Positions 28,059 through 38,024 of a stretch of DNA of 64,000 nucleotides are shown here, one piece after another. The stretch lies in the NCBI GenBank assembly GCA_963827275.1, contig CAWHAA010000010.1, positions 96,001 to 160,000 on the forward strand, in the 5' to 3' direction. This DNA comes from an uncultured Spirochaetota bacterium (GTDB lineage: Bacteria > Spirochaetota > UBA4802 > UBA5550). The notes beneath the pieces are model-generated. The model was not told the DNA's origin, ran no database searches, and saw nothing but the letters and a program-made list of their open reading frames with translations. Each line of letters starts with the position of its first letter. The first letter of the stretch is position 1. The translations under genes were made by a program, and so were the position numbers.

Positions 28059-28150
28059 GTCGGAAAAAAGCCTGTGGCCTGCGGAATCGGCGCCATCCGT
28101 GGCGCTGAAGACTGCAGGACAGTCCTCGACGCTTAGCTACGTTTTTCGAC
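28059..28150. repeat. nested palindromic element
   Basis: Ends gtc(g)gaaaaa / tttttcgac; inner cctgcgg..ctgcagg; apical gcgcc-ATCCGT-ggcgc. Confidence 0.5.
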
Positions 28151-28278
28151 ACTTCATCGATGCGCTAATTGTTACTTGCTTTTTTTGCATGGTTATCCAA
28201 ACTAATACATATCAAAATAAATTTATCGTCGCCGCCCCGGACGGGATGTACAGTATTAGTATTACAGGGAGTAGCAGC

Positions 28279-29781
28279 ATGCCATCGGCCCTCGACAGGT
28301 TCAAGGAGAGATGGGCGCGGATCAGCGTCCTCGAGCAGACCATCGCCATCCTGGGCTGGGACATGGAGACCTTCATGCCGGAGGAAGGAGTCAACGCCCG
28401 CTCCGAGCAGATCGCCCTCCTCACCGAACTGGCGCACCGCTGGCTCGTGTCAGACGAGACGGCGCGCCTCATCGGGGACGCGGAGGAGGAGGCGTCAGGA
28501 AAAGAATACTTTTCCGACGAGGCGGCCATGCTCCGGGTGGCGCGGCGTGCCTACCTGCAAAAGGTCAAGCTCCCCGAAGCGCTGGTAACGCGCCTCGCCC
28601 GCACGACCGCGAAAGCGAACAGCGTCTGGATCAGCGCACGGAAAAACGCCGACTTCGGCATGTTCGCTCCCATCCTTTCGGAGATAATCGAAATCAACCG
28701 GGAAGAGGCGGACCTGCTCGGCTACTCCGGGCACCCCTACGACGCCCTGCTTGACCTGTACGAGCCTGATTTAAAGACCGCGGAAACGGACCGTCTGTTC
28801 GCCGAGATGAAACGCGAGCTCGTTCCGCTGGTCCGCGAGATCACCGGCCGCGGCCCTGCCCCGGGAAACGCCCTGTTAACGCAGAAGTTCGACACCTCCC
28901 GGCAGGAGGCCTTCGGGCTCCGGGTATTACGTGACATGGGATATGATTTCAAAAGGGGGCGCCAGGACCGCTCCGCCCATCCCTTCACTACGTCGTTTAC
29001 GCCGTATGACGTGCGCATAACGACTCGCTTTGACGAGGGCGACCTCCTCTCCGCGCTCTTCAGCACGATCCACGAGGGGGGACACGCGCTCTATGACCAG
29101 GGCCTGCCCCTCGACCTGGTCAACACCCCGCTCTGCCAGCCCATTTCACTGGGCGTGCACGAGTCGCAGTCCCGGCTGTGGGAGAACATCGTCGGCCGCA
29201 GCAGGGGGTTCTGGCGGCACTACCTGCCCGTTTTGAAAGAGCATTTCCCCGGCCAGGTTGACGCGGTGGAGCCTGACGAGTTTTACCGCGCAGTCAACCG
29301 CGTTGCGCCCGGCTTCATCCGGGTGGAATCCGACGAGCTGACCTACAACCTGCACATCTTCATACGCTTTGAAATTGAAAAGGAGCTGGTCGCAGGATCT
29401 CTACCGGTACAGGACATCCCCGTGACCTGGAATGAAAAGTACCGGGACTATCTCGGCGTCATGCCTCCGGATGACGCGGCGGGGTGCCTCCAGGACATTC
29501 ACTGGGCGCACGGCGCCATCGGATATTTCCCCACCTACACGATCGGCAACCTTCTTTCGGCCCAGCTCTACAACAGGTCCCTTGAGGAGGTCCCGTCCAT
29601 CCCCTCCGCGATTGAAACGGGCGACTTCACCCCGCTCCTTTCGTGGCTCAGGGACCGGGTGCACAGACACGGCTCGCGGTACACTTTCAGTGAGCTGGTG
29701 CGCGCTGTCACCGGCGGAGACATACAGGTGCGGCCCTACATGGCATACCTTGCTGGCAAATTCAGGGCGATATATTCATAA
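28279..29781 (+). CDS. M32 carboxypeptidase (Taq-type)
   Basis: Start re-called at MPSALDRF. HPF, DVRITT, HEGGH, HESQ, IRVESDE, GCLQDIHW, GYFPTY. Confidence 0.95.
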   Translation: MPSALDRFKERWARISVLEQTIAILGWDMETFMPEEGVNARSEQIALLTELAHRWLVSDETARLIGDAEEEASGKEYFSDEAAMLRVARRAYLQKVKLPEALVTRLARTTAKANSVWISARKNADFGMFAPILSEIIEINREEADLLGYSGHPYDALLDLYEPDLKTAETDRLFAEMKRELVPLVREITGRGPAPGNALLTQKFDTSRQEAFGLRVLRDMGYDFKRGRQDRSAHPFTTSFTPYDVRITTRFDEGDLLSALFSTIHEGGHALYDQGLPLDLVNTPLCQPISLGVHESQSRLWENIVGRSRGFWRHYLPVLKEHFPGQVDAVEPDEFYRAVNRVAPGFIRVESDELTYNLHIFIRFEIEKELVAGSLPVQDIPVTWNEKYRDYLGVMPPDDAAGCLQDIHWAHGAIGYFPTYTIGNLLSAQLYNRSLEEVPSIPSAIETGDFTPLLSWLRDRVHRHGSRYTFSELVRAVTGGDIQVRPYMAYLAGKFRAIYS

Positions 29782-29933
29782 AAAAACATCAATAGAGCGG
29801 AAAAAAATTACTTTACATCCCGCTCATCACTTTTTCAATTTACTAAAAGTCCAGCCCGGCAGGGCTGGATTAATTGCCGTCATTTCAGCGGCGAAACAGA
29901 TATATAAAAAATATTATAAAGGGTAGACACATT

Positions 29934-30881
29934 ATGTTCATCGGTATTGATATCGGGGGATCAAAAACGAAAGGCATCCTTACGGACCGCACCGGCAAGG
30001 AGCTGAGCTTCAAGGAGATTGAAACAAAAAAGACAGCGAAAGAGATCGACGATGACCTCTACCAGATCATCGAGACGCTCGCCACGTCCGCGTCAATTTC
30101 AAAAATGGACATCACGGCGGTGGGGATCGGCACTCCCGGTCCGATTGACAAAGAAAAAGGCGTTATCCTGAAGGCGCCGAACATCCCCGCGTTCAGCAAC
30201 CATCCTATCGTGAAAAACCTTGAGGCGCGGACCGGCATACGGGTGTTCCTTGAAAACGACGCCACGGTCGCCATCCTCGGCGCCTGGTGGAAAGAGAACG
30301 TCAGCAAGTACCGCAACTGGCTCATGATAACCCTGGGGACCGGCATCGGCGGCGGCCTGATCATCGACAACAAGATTTATACCGGCCAATCGGGCAACGC
30401 GATGGAAGTGGGCCACATGACCATCGACCTGAACGGCAAGGAATGCCCCTGCGGGAACCGCGGCTGCTGGGAGCGGTACGCGTCCGGCCCGGCGCTCGTC
30501 GAGCTTGCCCTGGCCCACCTGAAAAAGCAGAAAGGCTCCTCCATCGCCGCCCGCATGAAGACCGAGGAACTGACGCCCCTCATGGTGTACGAGGAGGCCG
30601 TGAAAAAGGACGAGACGGCGCTGGCCATCTTCGAAGAATACTCGACCTACGTCGGGATCGGCATAGTCAATCTTGTGAACATCTTCAACCCGGAAGCGAT
30701 ATTCCTGGGCGGCGGGCTCTCGCAGTCCTACCGGATCATGCTCCCGACGGTCAAGCGTATCATCAAGAAAAGCGCGTGCCCCGGCTTCAAGGACAATGTC
30801 ACGCTCTACGCGATAAGCGACCCGCTGAAGATCCCGGCGTACGGCGCGGCAAAGATCGCGATCAACGCCACGGGCGCCTGA
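29934..30881 (+). CDS. ROK family sugar kinase
   Basis: GIDIGGS, LENDA, LGTGIGGG, EVGH, CPCGNRGCWE. Confidence 0.92.
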   Translation: MFIGIDIGGSKTKGILTDRTGKELSFKEIETKKTAKEIDDDLYQIIETLATSASISKMDITAVGIGTPGPIDKEKGVILKAPNIPAFSNHPIVKNLEARTGIRVFLENDATVAILGAWWKENVSKYRNWLMITLGTGIGGGLIIDNKIYTGQSGNAMEVGHMTIDLNGKECPCGNRGCWERYASGPALVELALAHLKKQKGSSIAARMKTEELTPLMVYEEAVKKDETALAIFEEYSTYVGIGIVNLVNIFNPEAIFLGGGLSQSYRIMLPTVKRIIKKSACPGFKDNVTLYAISDPLKIPAYGAAKIAINATGA

Positions 30882-30992
30882 TTCTTCCCCGTCGCCCGAG
30901 CGCCGGAGAAAAATAGTCGCATTTTTCTTGACTTTTACCCGTCGCTGGCGCTATTGGTCATAGCGCAGCAAAACAAAACGCAGTGAAACGAC

Positions 30993-32024
30993 ATGGAACA
31001 TGAACTAGGCACCATCCGCAACGAAGCGCTCGCAGCAATTAAGGCCGCACCGGACACCAACGCAATCGAGGAGATACGCATCAAGTACCTGGGCAGGAAA
31101 GGGGCCCTGACCCTCATCCTCCGCTCGCTGGGAAACATTCCCCCTGAAGAAAGGGCCCTGATGGGCAAGCTCTCCAACCAGTACAAGAATGAAATCGAGA
31201 CAGCCCTGGAGAACAGGCAGAATGACCTGGCGCGGGAAGGCGCGGACAGCCTTATCCGGGGCCAGTGGATCGACGTGACACTGGACTGCGTTCCGGCAGC
31301 AGGCATGACCGTCCCGGGCCGGCTCCATCCTATCTCGCGCATGCAGTACGAAATTGAAGATATTTTTACCTCGATGGGCTTCGAGATACACGACGGCCCC
31401 GAGGCAGAGACGGACTATTACAACTTCGAGGCGCTGAATATTCCGAAACACCACCCTGCCCGCGACATGCAGGACACGTTCTGGACCGAGGATGGCAACC
31501 TGCTGAGGACGCATACCTCCGCAATCCAGATACGGGCGATGGAAAAGGTCACGCCGCCCTTCCGCGTGGTGGGCCCCGGCAGGGTCTTCCGGTACGAGAG
31601 CACCGACGCCTCCCATGAAAACACCTTCTACCAGGTGGAAGGCATGATGGTGGACCGCGAGATAACCGTGGCGCAGCTCATCTTCTTTATGAAGGAGCTT
31701 TTGAAAGAGATATTTCATCGGGATGTTACCATCCGCCTCCGGCCCGGGTACTTCCCCTTCGTGGAACCCGGCTTCGAGCTGGACATCAACTGCCTCATCT
31801 GCGGCGGAAAGGGGTGCAGCGTGTGCAAGCAGTCAGGGTGGGTCGAGCTCCTCCCCTGCGGCCTCGTACACCCCAATGTCCTCCGCATGGGCGGGATCGA
31901 TCCTGAACAATGGTCCGGGTTCGCCTTCGGGCTCGGCCTGAACCGCCTCGTCATGATGAAATACGGCATTAACGACATTCGCCATTTCCTGAGCGGCGAT
32001 ATTCGTTTCCTGAAACAGTTTTAA
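30993..32024 (+). CDS. pheS: phenylalanine--tRNA ligase alpha subunit
   Basis: HPARDMQDTF, LLRTHTS, GRVFR, FYQVEG, YFPFVEP, GFAFG. Confidence 0.98.
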   Translation: MEHELGTIRNEALAAIKAAPDTNAIEEIRIKYLGRKGALTLILRSLGNIPPEERALMGKLSNQYKNEIETALENRQNDLAREGADSLIRGQWIDVTLDCVPAAGMTVPGRLHPISRMQYEIEDIFTSMGFEIHDGPEAETDYYNFEALNIPKHHPARDMQDTFWTEDGNLLRTHTSAIQIRAMEKVTPPFRVVGPGRVFRYESTDASHENTFYQVEGMMVDREITVAQLIFFMKELLKEIFHRDVTIRLRPGYFPFVEPGFELDINCLICGGKGCSVCKQSGWVELLPCGLVHPNVLRMGGIDPEQWSGFAFGLGLNRLVMMKYGINDIRHFLSGDIRFLKQF

Positions 32025-32036
32025 CGGAGCGCGCCC

Positions 32037-34433
32037 ATGTGGCTGTCACTGAACATACTGAACCAGATGGTTGATACGAGCGGCATTACCCCTGAAGAAT
32101 TGGCGCTCCGCCTGACGATGTCCACTGCAGAAATCGATTCAATAGAGAAGGTAAACGGGTACTTCAAGACCGTTATCGCGGCGAAGATCCTCGAGGTCAA
32201 GCGCCACCCGAACGCGGACAAGCTCACCCTCGTTGACCTGGACGCGGGCTCCCGGAAGTACCGCGTCGTATGCGGGGCCCCCAACCATAAAACAGGCGAC
32301 ATCGTGCCGCTTGCCGTGCCGGGCACCAGCTTCGGCGCGGAGATGACCATTAAAAAAACGAAGATACGGGGTGAGGAATCCGAGGGGATGCTCTGCTCCG
32401 AGCGCGAGCTCGGCCTCTCCGATGACCACTCCGGCATCATGGTACTCCCGCCTGACACGAAAATCGGGGCGTCATTCAGCGAGCTCTTTCCGCACCGCGC
32501 CGACGTCCGGTTCGAGATAGACAACAAGTCCATCACGCACCGCCCCGACCTCTGGAGCCACGAGGGCTTTGCCCGGGAGATCGGCGCGATCTTCAACAGG
32601 CCCTTCACCGGCGTGATCAAATACGAACTGCTCAAAACCCTGAAGGACGCGGAGCCGATAAAGGTCCGCATTGTCAATCCGGACGCGGCGCCCCGGTACA
32701 GCGGCCTGGTCGTCGCGGGAATTAAAATTGAAGAATCCCCCGACTGGCTCAAGGCCATGGTCGAGGCGATCGGCATGAGGCCCATAAACAACATCGTTGA
32801 CATCACCAACTATGTCATGGCGGAGATCGGCCAGCCGATGCACGCATTCGACCGGAAGAAGCTGAACGGCGGCGAGATCATCGTCCGACTGGCCGGCGAC
32901 AAGGAGCCCCTTACCACGCTGGACGGCTCCACGTTCGAGCTTATGAATGAAGACGTCGTTATCGCCGATACAAACGGCCCCATCGCACTCGCGGGCGTCA
33001 TGGGCGGCGGAAACAGTGAAATAGAGGACTCCACCACGGAGATCGTGCTGGAAGCGGCCTGCTTCAACCCGGTCAACATACGCAAGACCGCGAACCGCTA
33101 CGCCCACCGGACCGAGGCGGCCATCCGGTTCGAGAAGTCCCTCTCCCCGGAACTGACTATTCCCGCGCTCCTGCGCTGCTACGATCTCATCAAGCAGGTG
33201 CTCCCGGGGGCAGAAGCGATATCGCGCATTATCGACGTATACCCTGTTCCCCAGAATAAAGTGTCCGTGAAGACCACCACCGGTTTCATACGGAAGCGGC
33301 TCGGCCAGCAGATCGACGACGCCCGTATCATCGGGATCCTGACTTCGCTTGATTTCAAGATTTCCGAAAAAAACGGGACGCTCGACATAGATGTGCCCTA
33401 CTATCGCTCAACGAAAGACATATCCATACAGGAAGACATCGTCGAGGAAGTGGGACGAATATACGGCTACGACAATATAACTCCTGACGCGCCGTTCGTG
33501 AAATGCGCGCCGCCGGCAAAAAACAACTTCCGGCTTTTTGAGCGCGCGGTCAAGAACATCCTCTCCGGCAATTATAACATGCTCGAGGCAAGCGGATATT
33601 CGTTCACCGGGGAAGACCCGCTGACCAGGCTCGGCATCAATGACGACAGTGAACTCCGGATGCGCAACCCGCTTTCGAAGGAACAGGACCGGCTCCGTAA
33701 AAGCCTCGTCCCGAACATTGTCAACGACATCAGGACCAACAGCAGGCATACAGACGAATTCTTCATATATGAGATGGGAAGGGTTTACCTGAAAAAAGAC
33801 AGGAAGTCCAGCGACCTCGCAGCGGAAAAGACTATGGTAACGGGCGCCGTCTTCCGGAAAAAAGCGGATGCGCCGCTCTTCTACGAGGCGAAGCGCACCG
33901 TGCAGGGACTCATGAACAAGCTCCGGATAGCCGACTACAGCCTCGTCCCGGAGGAAAAGGCCCTGCCCCCCTATGCCCATCCCTACCGGTCCATGGCGCT
34001 GATTGTTGAAAAAAAAATCGCGGGACATGTATTCGAGCTTCATCCCGACACATCGCGCAATTTTGATATAACCGGCACCGCGGCCCTGTTCGACATCGAG
34101 GTTGACGCCCTGTTCGCGGCGCAGACCAGTGAGACCGTTTTTACGGAGATCCAGAAATACCCGGAAGTCCCCTTCGATGTGAGCGTTATCGCCGACCGCA
34201 AGGTCTACGCGCGGGACATCTGCTCGATTATCGAGAAAGCGGACATCGACCTGATCCAGGGGGTAGAGGTGGTTTCCGTGTATGAAGGGAGCCCGATCCC
34301 GGAAGGGAAAAAATCCGTCTCGATCAGGATTGTCTTCGCGTCGAAGGAGCGCACCCTTACAACCGAAGAGGTTGACAGGCTCCAGAAAAAGGCCATCGAC
34401 CTCCTGGGTAAAAAAGGCTACCACCTCAGGTAG
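32037..34433 (+). CDS. pheT: phenylalanine--tRNA ligase beta subunit
   Basis: HPNADKL, CGAPN, SEGMLCS, INNIVDITNY, DIVEEVGRIYGY, FDX-ACB C-terminus. Confidence 0.98.
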   Translation: MWLSLNILNQMVDTSGITPEELALRLTMSTAEIDSIEKVNGYFKTVIAAKILEVKRHPNADKLTLVDLDAGSRKYRVVCGAPNHKTGDIVPLAVPGTSFGAEMTIKKTKIRGEESEGMLCSERELGLSDDHSGIMVLPPDTKIGASFSELFPHRADVRFEIDNKSITHRPDLWSHEGFAREIGAIFNRPFTGVIKYELLKTLKDAEPIKVRIVNPDAAPRYSGLVVAGIKIEESPDWLKAMVEAIGMRPINNIVDITNYVMAEIGQPMHAFDRKKLNGGEIIVRLAGDKEPLTTLDGSTFELMNEDVVIADTNGPIALAGVMGGGNSEIEDSTTEIVLEAACFNPVNIRKTANRYAHRTEAAIRFEKSLSPELTIPALLRCYDLIKQVLPGAEAISRIIDVYPVPQNKVSVKTTTGFIRKRLGQQIDDARIIGILTSLDFKISEKNGTLDIDVPYYRSTKDISIQEDIVEEVGRIYGYDNITPDAPFVKCAPPAKNNFRLFERAVKNILSGNYNMLEASGYSFTGEDPLTRLGINDDSELRMRNPLSKEQDRLRKSLVPNIVNDIRTNSRHTDEFFIYEMGRVYLKKDRKSSDLAAEKTMVTGAVFRKKADAPLFYEAKRTVQGLMNKLRIADYSLVPEEKALPPYAHPYRSMALIVEKKIAGHVFELHPDTSRNFDITGTAALFDIEVDALFAAQTSETVFTEIQKYPEVPFDVSVIADRKVYARDICSIIEKADIDLIQGVEVVSVYEGSPIPEGKKSVSIRIVFASKERTLTTEEVDRLQKKAIDLLGKKGYHLR

Positions 34434-34436
34434 CGG

Positions 34437-35540
34437 CTACACCCGTGGGCTGGCGCCCATCACCGCCGGGTCATAGAACGCGATCCGGTTCCTGCCGTTT
34501 TTCTTGCAATAATAGAGCGCCATATCCGCCATCTCGATCAGGCTGCTCGGGTCTTTCGCGTCAAGGTCGGGAATTGTCGCGATACCGCCGGACAGGGTAA
34601 ACCGCATCGATATGTCCTCGTATTCAAGACGGCAGTTTTCGACGATCAGGCGTATGCGCTCAGCGAAGGCCATGGCCTCTTCCCTGGTAGTTTCAGGAAG
34701 GATCACCGTGTACTCCTCACCGCCGTAGCGGCAGGGGATATCGATGTTTCTGCAATTGTTATGGAGGACAATCGCGACCTCCTTGATGGCCCTGTCGCCG
34801 GCCTGGTGGCCGTAGGTGTCGTTTATGACCTTGAAATTGTCGATGTCGAAGATCACCATCGAGAGGGTATGGTTTTTCCTGCTCGAGCGGTTCCATTCTT
34901 CCTGCAGGCGCTCCCGGAAATACTTGCTGATATACAGCTTTGTCATACCGTCGCGGATCGCGTTGTTGTAAAGCGTTGCGTTATTGATGGCGATCGCTGA
35001 CTGGGTCGAGACGAACTGGAGCACCTGCATGTCAAACGCGGTAAAGCCGCCGCTGATCTTGTTGATCGCCTCTATGACCCCGATGATCTCGCCGTTTACG
35101 GTCAGGGGGACGGCGATGATTGAGCGGGTCACGGTTTTCGCCTTCTTGTCGGCCCGGTCGGAAAAACGAGGGTCATTCTGGGCGTCATTGATGAGTATGG
35201 GGATGCCGTTCTGCCATACGGTGCCGGCAATCCCCTCGCCCATGCGAAGGCTCGTATCTTTCAGAATGTCGCCCTCTTCGTCCTTGCTGAGCACGGAAAA
35301 ATTGAGCTGTTTCAGCCCCCGGTCCACCAGGAGTATACTGCTCGACTCGCAGTTGAGCAGTATCTTTGTCTGGTTCAGGATGCGCTTCAGGACCTCTTCC
35401 TTTTCAAGCGAATTGGCGATATAGGTATTTATCTCGATGAGGGTCCGCAGTTGCCTGTTTTTCCCCTCCAGATCATCGAGCTTCTCCCGCTGTTGTTCAA
35501 GCTTTTTTAACTGCTTCCGGTTAAACATCATACTCCCCAT
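34437..35540 (-). CDS. GAF-GGDEF diguanylate cyclase
   Basis: GAF with NK...F...D motif; DIDNFK.IND.YGH; RxxD I-site (RNID); active site GGEEY. Confidence 0.92.
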   Translation of the reverse strand: MGSMMFNRKQLKKLEQQREKLDDLEGKNRQLRTLIEINTYIANSLEKEEVLKRILNQTKILLNCESSSILLVDRGLKQLNFSVLSKDEEGDILKDTSLRMGEGIAGTVWQNGIPILINDAQNDPRFSDRADKKAKTVTRSIIAVPLTVNGEIIGVIEAINKISGGFTAFDMQVLQFVSTQSAIAINNATLYNNAIRDGMTKLYISKYFRERLQEEWNRSSRKNHTLSMVIFDIDNFKVINDTYGHQAGDRAIKEVAIVLHNNCRNIDIPCRYGGEEYTVILPETTREEAMAFAERIRLIVENCRLEYEDISMRFTLSGGIATIPDLDAKDPSSLIEMADMALYYCKKNGRNRIAFYDPAVMGASPRV

Positions 35541-35598
35541 TGTGTTTATTGCCGCACGCGAGGCCGCTGCATGGCCCCCGCGTGCCCGATAGAACGCG

Positions 35599-36132
35599 CT
35601 AGTTCCCGCCGACGCTGCCGTATTTCAGCTCGAGATATGACCGTTTTTCGAACCGGTCCAGCCCGAGATCCGCCGCTATCCTGAACAGGTCCTTCTCTAT
35701 CCGCTCCTGCTCCGTGCCCTTCATCTCCAGCTCAACGAAATTACCGATCCCCTCCACCCTGTCAATGCATATCTCCACCTCGCCGAGCAGGAAGATGTCC
35801 CGCTCCTTGGCGACGGTCCCCGCCGTGGTAAACCCGAGCAGGCCGAGTATACCCAGCATCTGCTCGAATCCCCCGACCGGGACCTCTTCCTCGCGGCGCG
35901 TCTTTGATGCGCCGCCGAGCCGGGGGCCCTTGTAGGTGAGCACGACCCGGTCATTTACCTGCCGCAGGCGCAGGGCCTCGTCGGTCGCCCGGAAGTCGCG
36001 TGCCGGATGGTTCAGGTAGGTATCGCGCTCGGTGCGCGTCTCCCCGCGGCGGGCGCCGAGCGCCGTGAGCCGTTCTATCACCGCCGCGTGGTCGTCGCAT
36101 GGCGACTTGATCTCGATTTCCAGCATTGCCAT
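35599..36132 (-). CDS. cyaB: CYTH family protein, class IV adenylate cyclase (CyaB)-like
   Basis: EIEIK, ERDTY, ALRLR, LTYKG, REEE, FVELE, SYLEL. Confidence 0.85.
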   Translation of the reverse strand: MAMLEIEIKSPCDDHAAVIERLTALGARRGETRTERDTYLNHPARDFRATDEALRLRQVNDRVVLTYKGPRLGGASKTRREEEVPVGGFEQMLGILGLLGFTTAGTVAKERDIFLLGEVEICIDRVEGIGNFVELEMKGTEQERIEKDLFRIAADLGLDRFEKRSYLELKYGSVGGN

Positions 36133-36986
36133 CAGTTTCTCCGGTGGAGGGGGCCCCCGATCGAGAGACCGTCGGTACCGAGGGTCTGCCGCTGCTTCCC
36201 GTTGATGGTTATCACCACGCTTCCGACGTTCGGGAACTGCGTCGCGGTATACACGATCTGGTCGATCCTGTTCAGGAGGATGCTCCCGGCAGCACCCTGC
36301 TCTATCGCGCCGTTGAAATCGATCTCTGCGACATTACCGCGGATCTTCACCCCGTTCACCCGCAGGGTGGAGGGGACGGCGGTGAGCATCCCCTTTTTCT
36401 TTTCTGTCGCCGTCGGTCCTTTGATGAGCTCCTTCATGGTGTTTTCGAGGACCGACCCGCCCGTGACCTTTCTGCCGACCGGCGCAAGGTACATCTTATC
36501 CGATTCCTCGTTTAATTTCACCAGGTAAATCCTGACGCTTTTTTCCTCTGGCGTTGGCTCCTGTTTCTTCGCCGGCTCCGGGTCTGTCCGTGCCGGCGCG
36601 CCTATCTTTTCGGGCCGGTCCGTCTTTTCGGTCTTTTCCGCCCGCTCGTTCCTCTGGCGCTCATCGTCCCGGTCCCTTCCCGCATGGGAACGCTCCTTTT
36701 CAAGCTCCTTCGTTACCGGCGCCTCCCTGGACGGCAGTACGGTTTTCAGCCCCCGCCTCAGGCCATAATGATTCACCATCAAAACAATTGCCGTGGCAAG
36801 GCCCATTATAATAAGCACATATAACGGGCTCCTGCTTCGCTCGACAGGCCGTGATTTCGGCGATGTACCGGCCGCTTTCGAGCTCTTTGCCCTTGTCCGC
36901 GGGGCCGGTTTTTTCTTCCGGCCGCTTTTACCTGTTTTCTGCGCCACCCCTTCCTTCCCTCCCTGCAATAAATCGCCTGCGCGCAC
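36132..36986 (-). CDS. GerMN domain membrane-anchored protein
   Basis: Basic N-terminus, one TM helix, charged linker; LIKGPT..E...G and QIVYTATQFPNVGSV. Confidence 0.88.
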   Translation of the reverse strand: MRAGDLLQGGKEGVAQKTGKSGRKKKPAPRTRAKSSKAAGTSPKSRPVERSRSPLYVLIIMGLATAIVLMVNHYGLRRGLKTVLPSREAPVTKELEKERSHAGRDRDDERQRNERAEKTEKTDRPEKIGAPARTDPEPAKKQEPTPEEKSVRIYLVKLNEESDKMYLAPVGRKVTGGSVLENTMKELIKGPTATEKKKGMLTAVPSTLRVNGVKIRGNVAEIDFNGAIEQGAAGSILLNRIDQIVYTATQFPNVGSVVITINGKQRQTLGTDGLSIGGPLHRRN

Positions 36987-37216
36987 CGGTCATTGATAAA
37001 TTTCTTGAAATATATGAATGTCTTTTATACATTTAATCTGACAACAAACAGTTTTTATTTCAATAATATTTTTTCTTTTTTGCGGTTTTTAGGGAGACCC
37101 GGCCGGGCCGTATTACAATGGATTCACGCAACTACATACTGACGACAGTGGCCGCACTAACGGCGTCGCTGATTGTGATCATTCCCGGGACCTGCCGAAG
37201 CGGAGGAGACACTTCC

Positions 37217-37837
37217 ATGGAACAACTTCGTGAACTCATGGTAAAAAACCAGATCGAGGCGCGCGGGGTGAGCGATGCGCGGGTGCTCGCGGCCATGAGA
37301 AGCGTGGAACGCCACAAGTTCATCCCCGGCCATCAGGCCGCGAGCGCGTATGATGACCATCCCCTGCCGATTGGCCACGGCCAGACGATCTCGCAGCCGT
37401 ATATTGTCGCCCTTATGACCGAACTGTGCGAGCTTGACGGCAATGAACGTGTCCTGGAGATCGGCACCGGCTCCGGCTACCAGGCCGCGATCCTCTCGCT
37501 CCTCGCGAAAGAGGTATACAGCATGGAGATCGTCGCGCCGCTCGCCATGGGCGCGCGCACAAAGCTCGCCGAGCTTGGATACGACAGGGTGCAGGTAATA
37601 ATCGGCGACGGGTACAGGGGATTGCCCGACAAGGCCCCCTTCGACGTGATCATCCTCACCGCTTCTCCGCCGAAGATCCCGCAGGCCCTCATTGACCAGC
37701 TCGCCGAAGGCGGCATACTCGTGGCCCCGGAAGGCGACTATTCGCAGGAGCTGGTCAGGCTCATCAAGCATAACGGCGCCATAACGAAAAAGACAGTAAC
37801 ATATGTCAGGTTTGTGCCGATGATACATGGCGATTGA
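37217..37837 (+). CDS. pcm: protein-L-isoaspartate O-methyltransferase
   Basis: AY.D.PLPIG.GQTISQP, VLEIGTGSGYQAA, APFD. RBS ggaggag before ATG 37217; alternative start at 37118. Confidence 0.95.
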   Translation: MEQLRELMVKNQIEARGVSDARVLAAMRSVERHKFIPGHQAASAYDDHPLPIGHGQTISQPYIVALMTELCELDGNERVLEIGTGSGYQAAILSLLAKEVYSMEIVAPLAMGARTKLAELGYDRVQVIIGDGYRGLPDKAPFDVIILTASPPKIPQALIDQLAEGGILVAPEGDYSQELVRLIKHNGAITKKTVTYVRFVPMIHGD

Positions 37838-38024
37838 ACGGCGTGGCAGCCCGCACGCCTGATAATCGCCCGTCCGGGCCGGTCATGCCTTCACCGGTCG
37901 CGCCCTCTGCGCCAGTAATCCCCGCCAGTAAATGTATTGACAAAAACCGCAACCGGATGCGAGCATATGAAATAAGCGTGGATACCCCGGGGCGCCGAGC
38001 GCCGCGCATCCATGTAAACACGGT

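Noticed and set aside
27724..28278. 185-aa N-terminal extension of the M32 peptidase, and similar extensions on aor, birA, wzt, ugd and aroB' in the ORF track
   Set aside because: They overlap neighbouring genes or repeats; family similarity and RBS position point to downstream starts.
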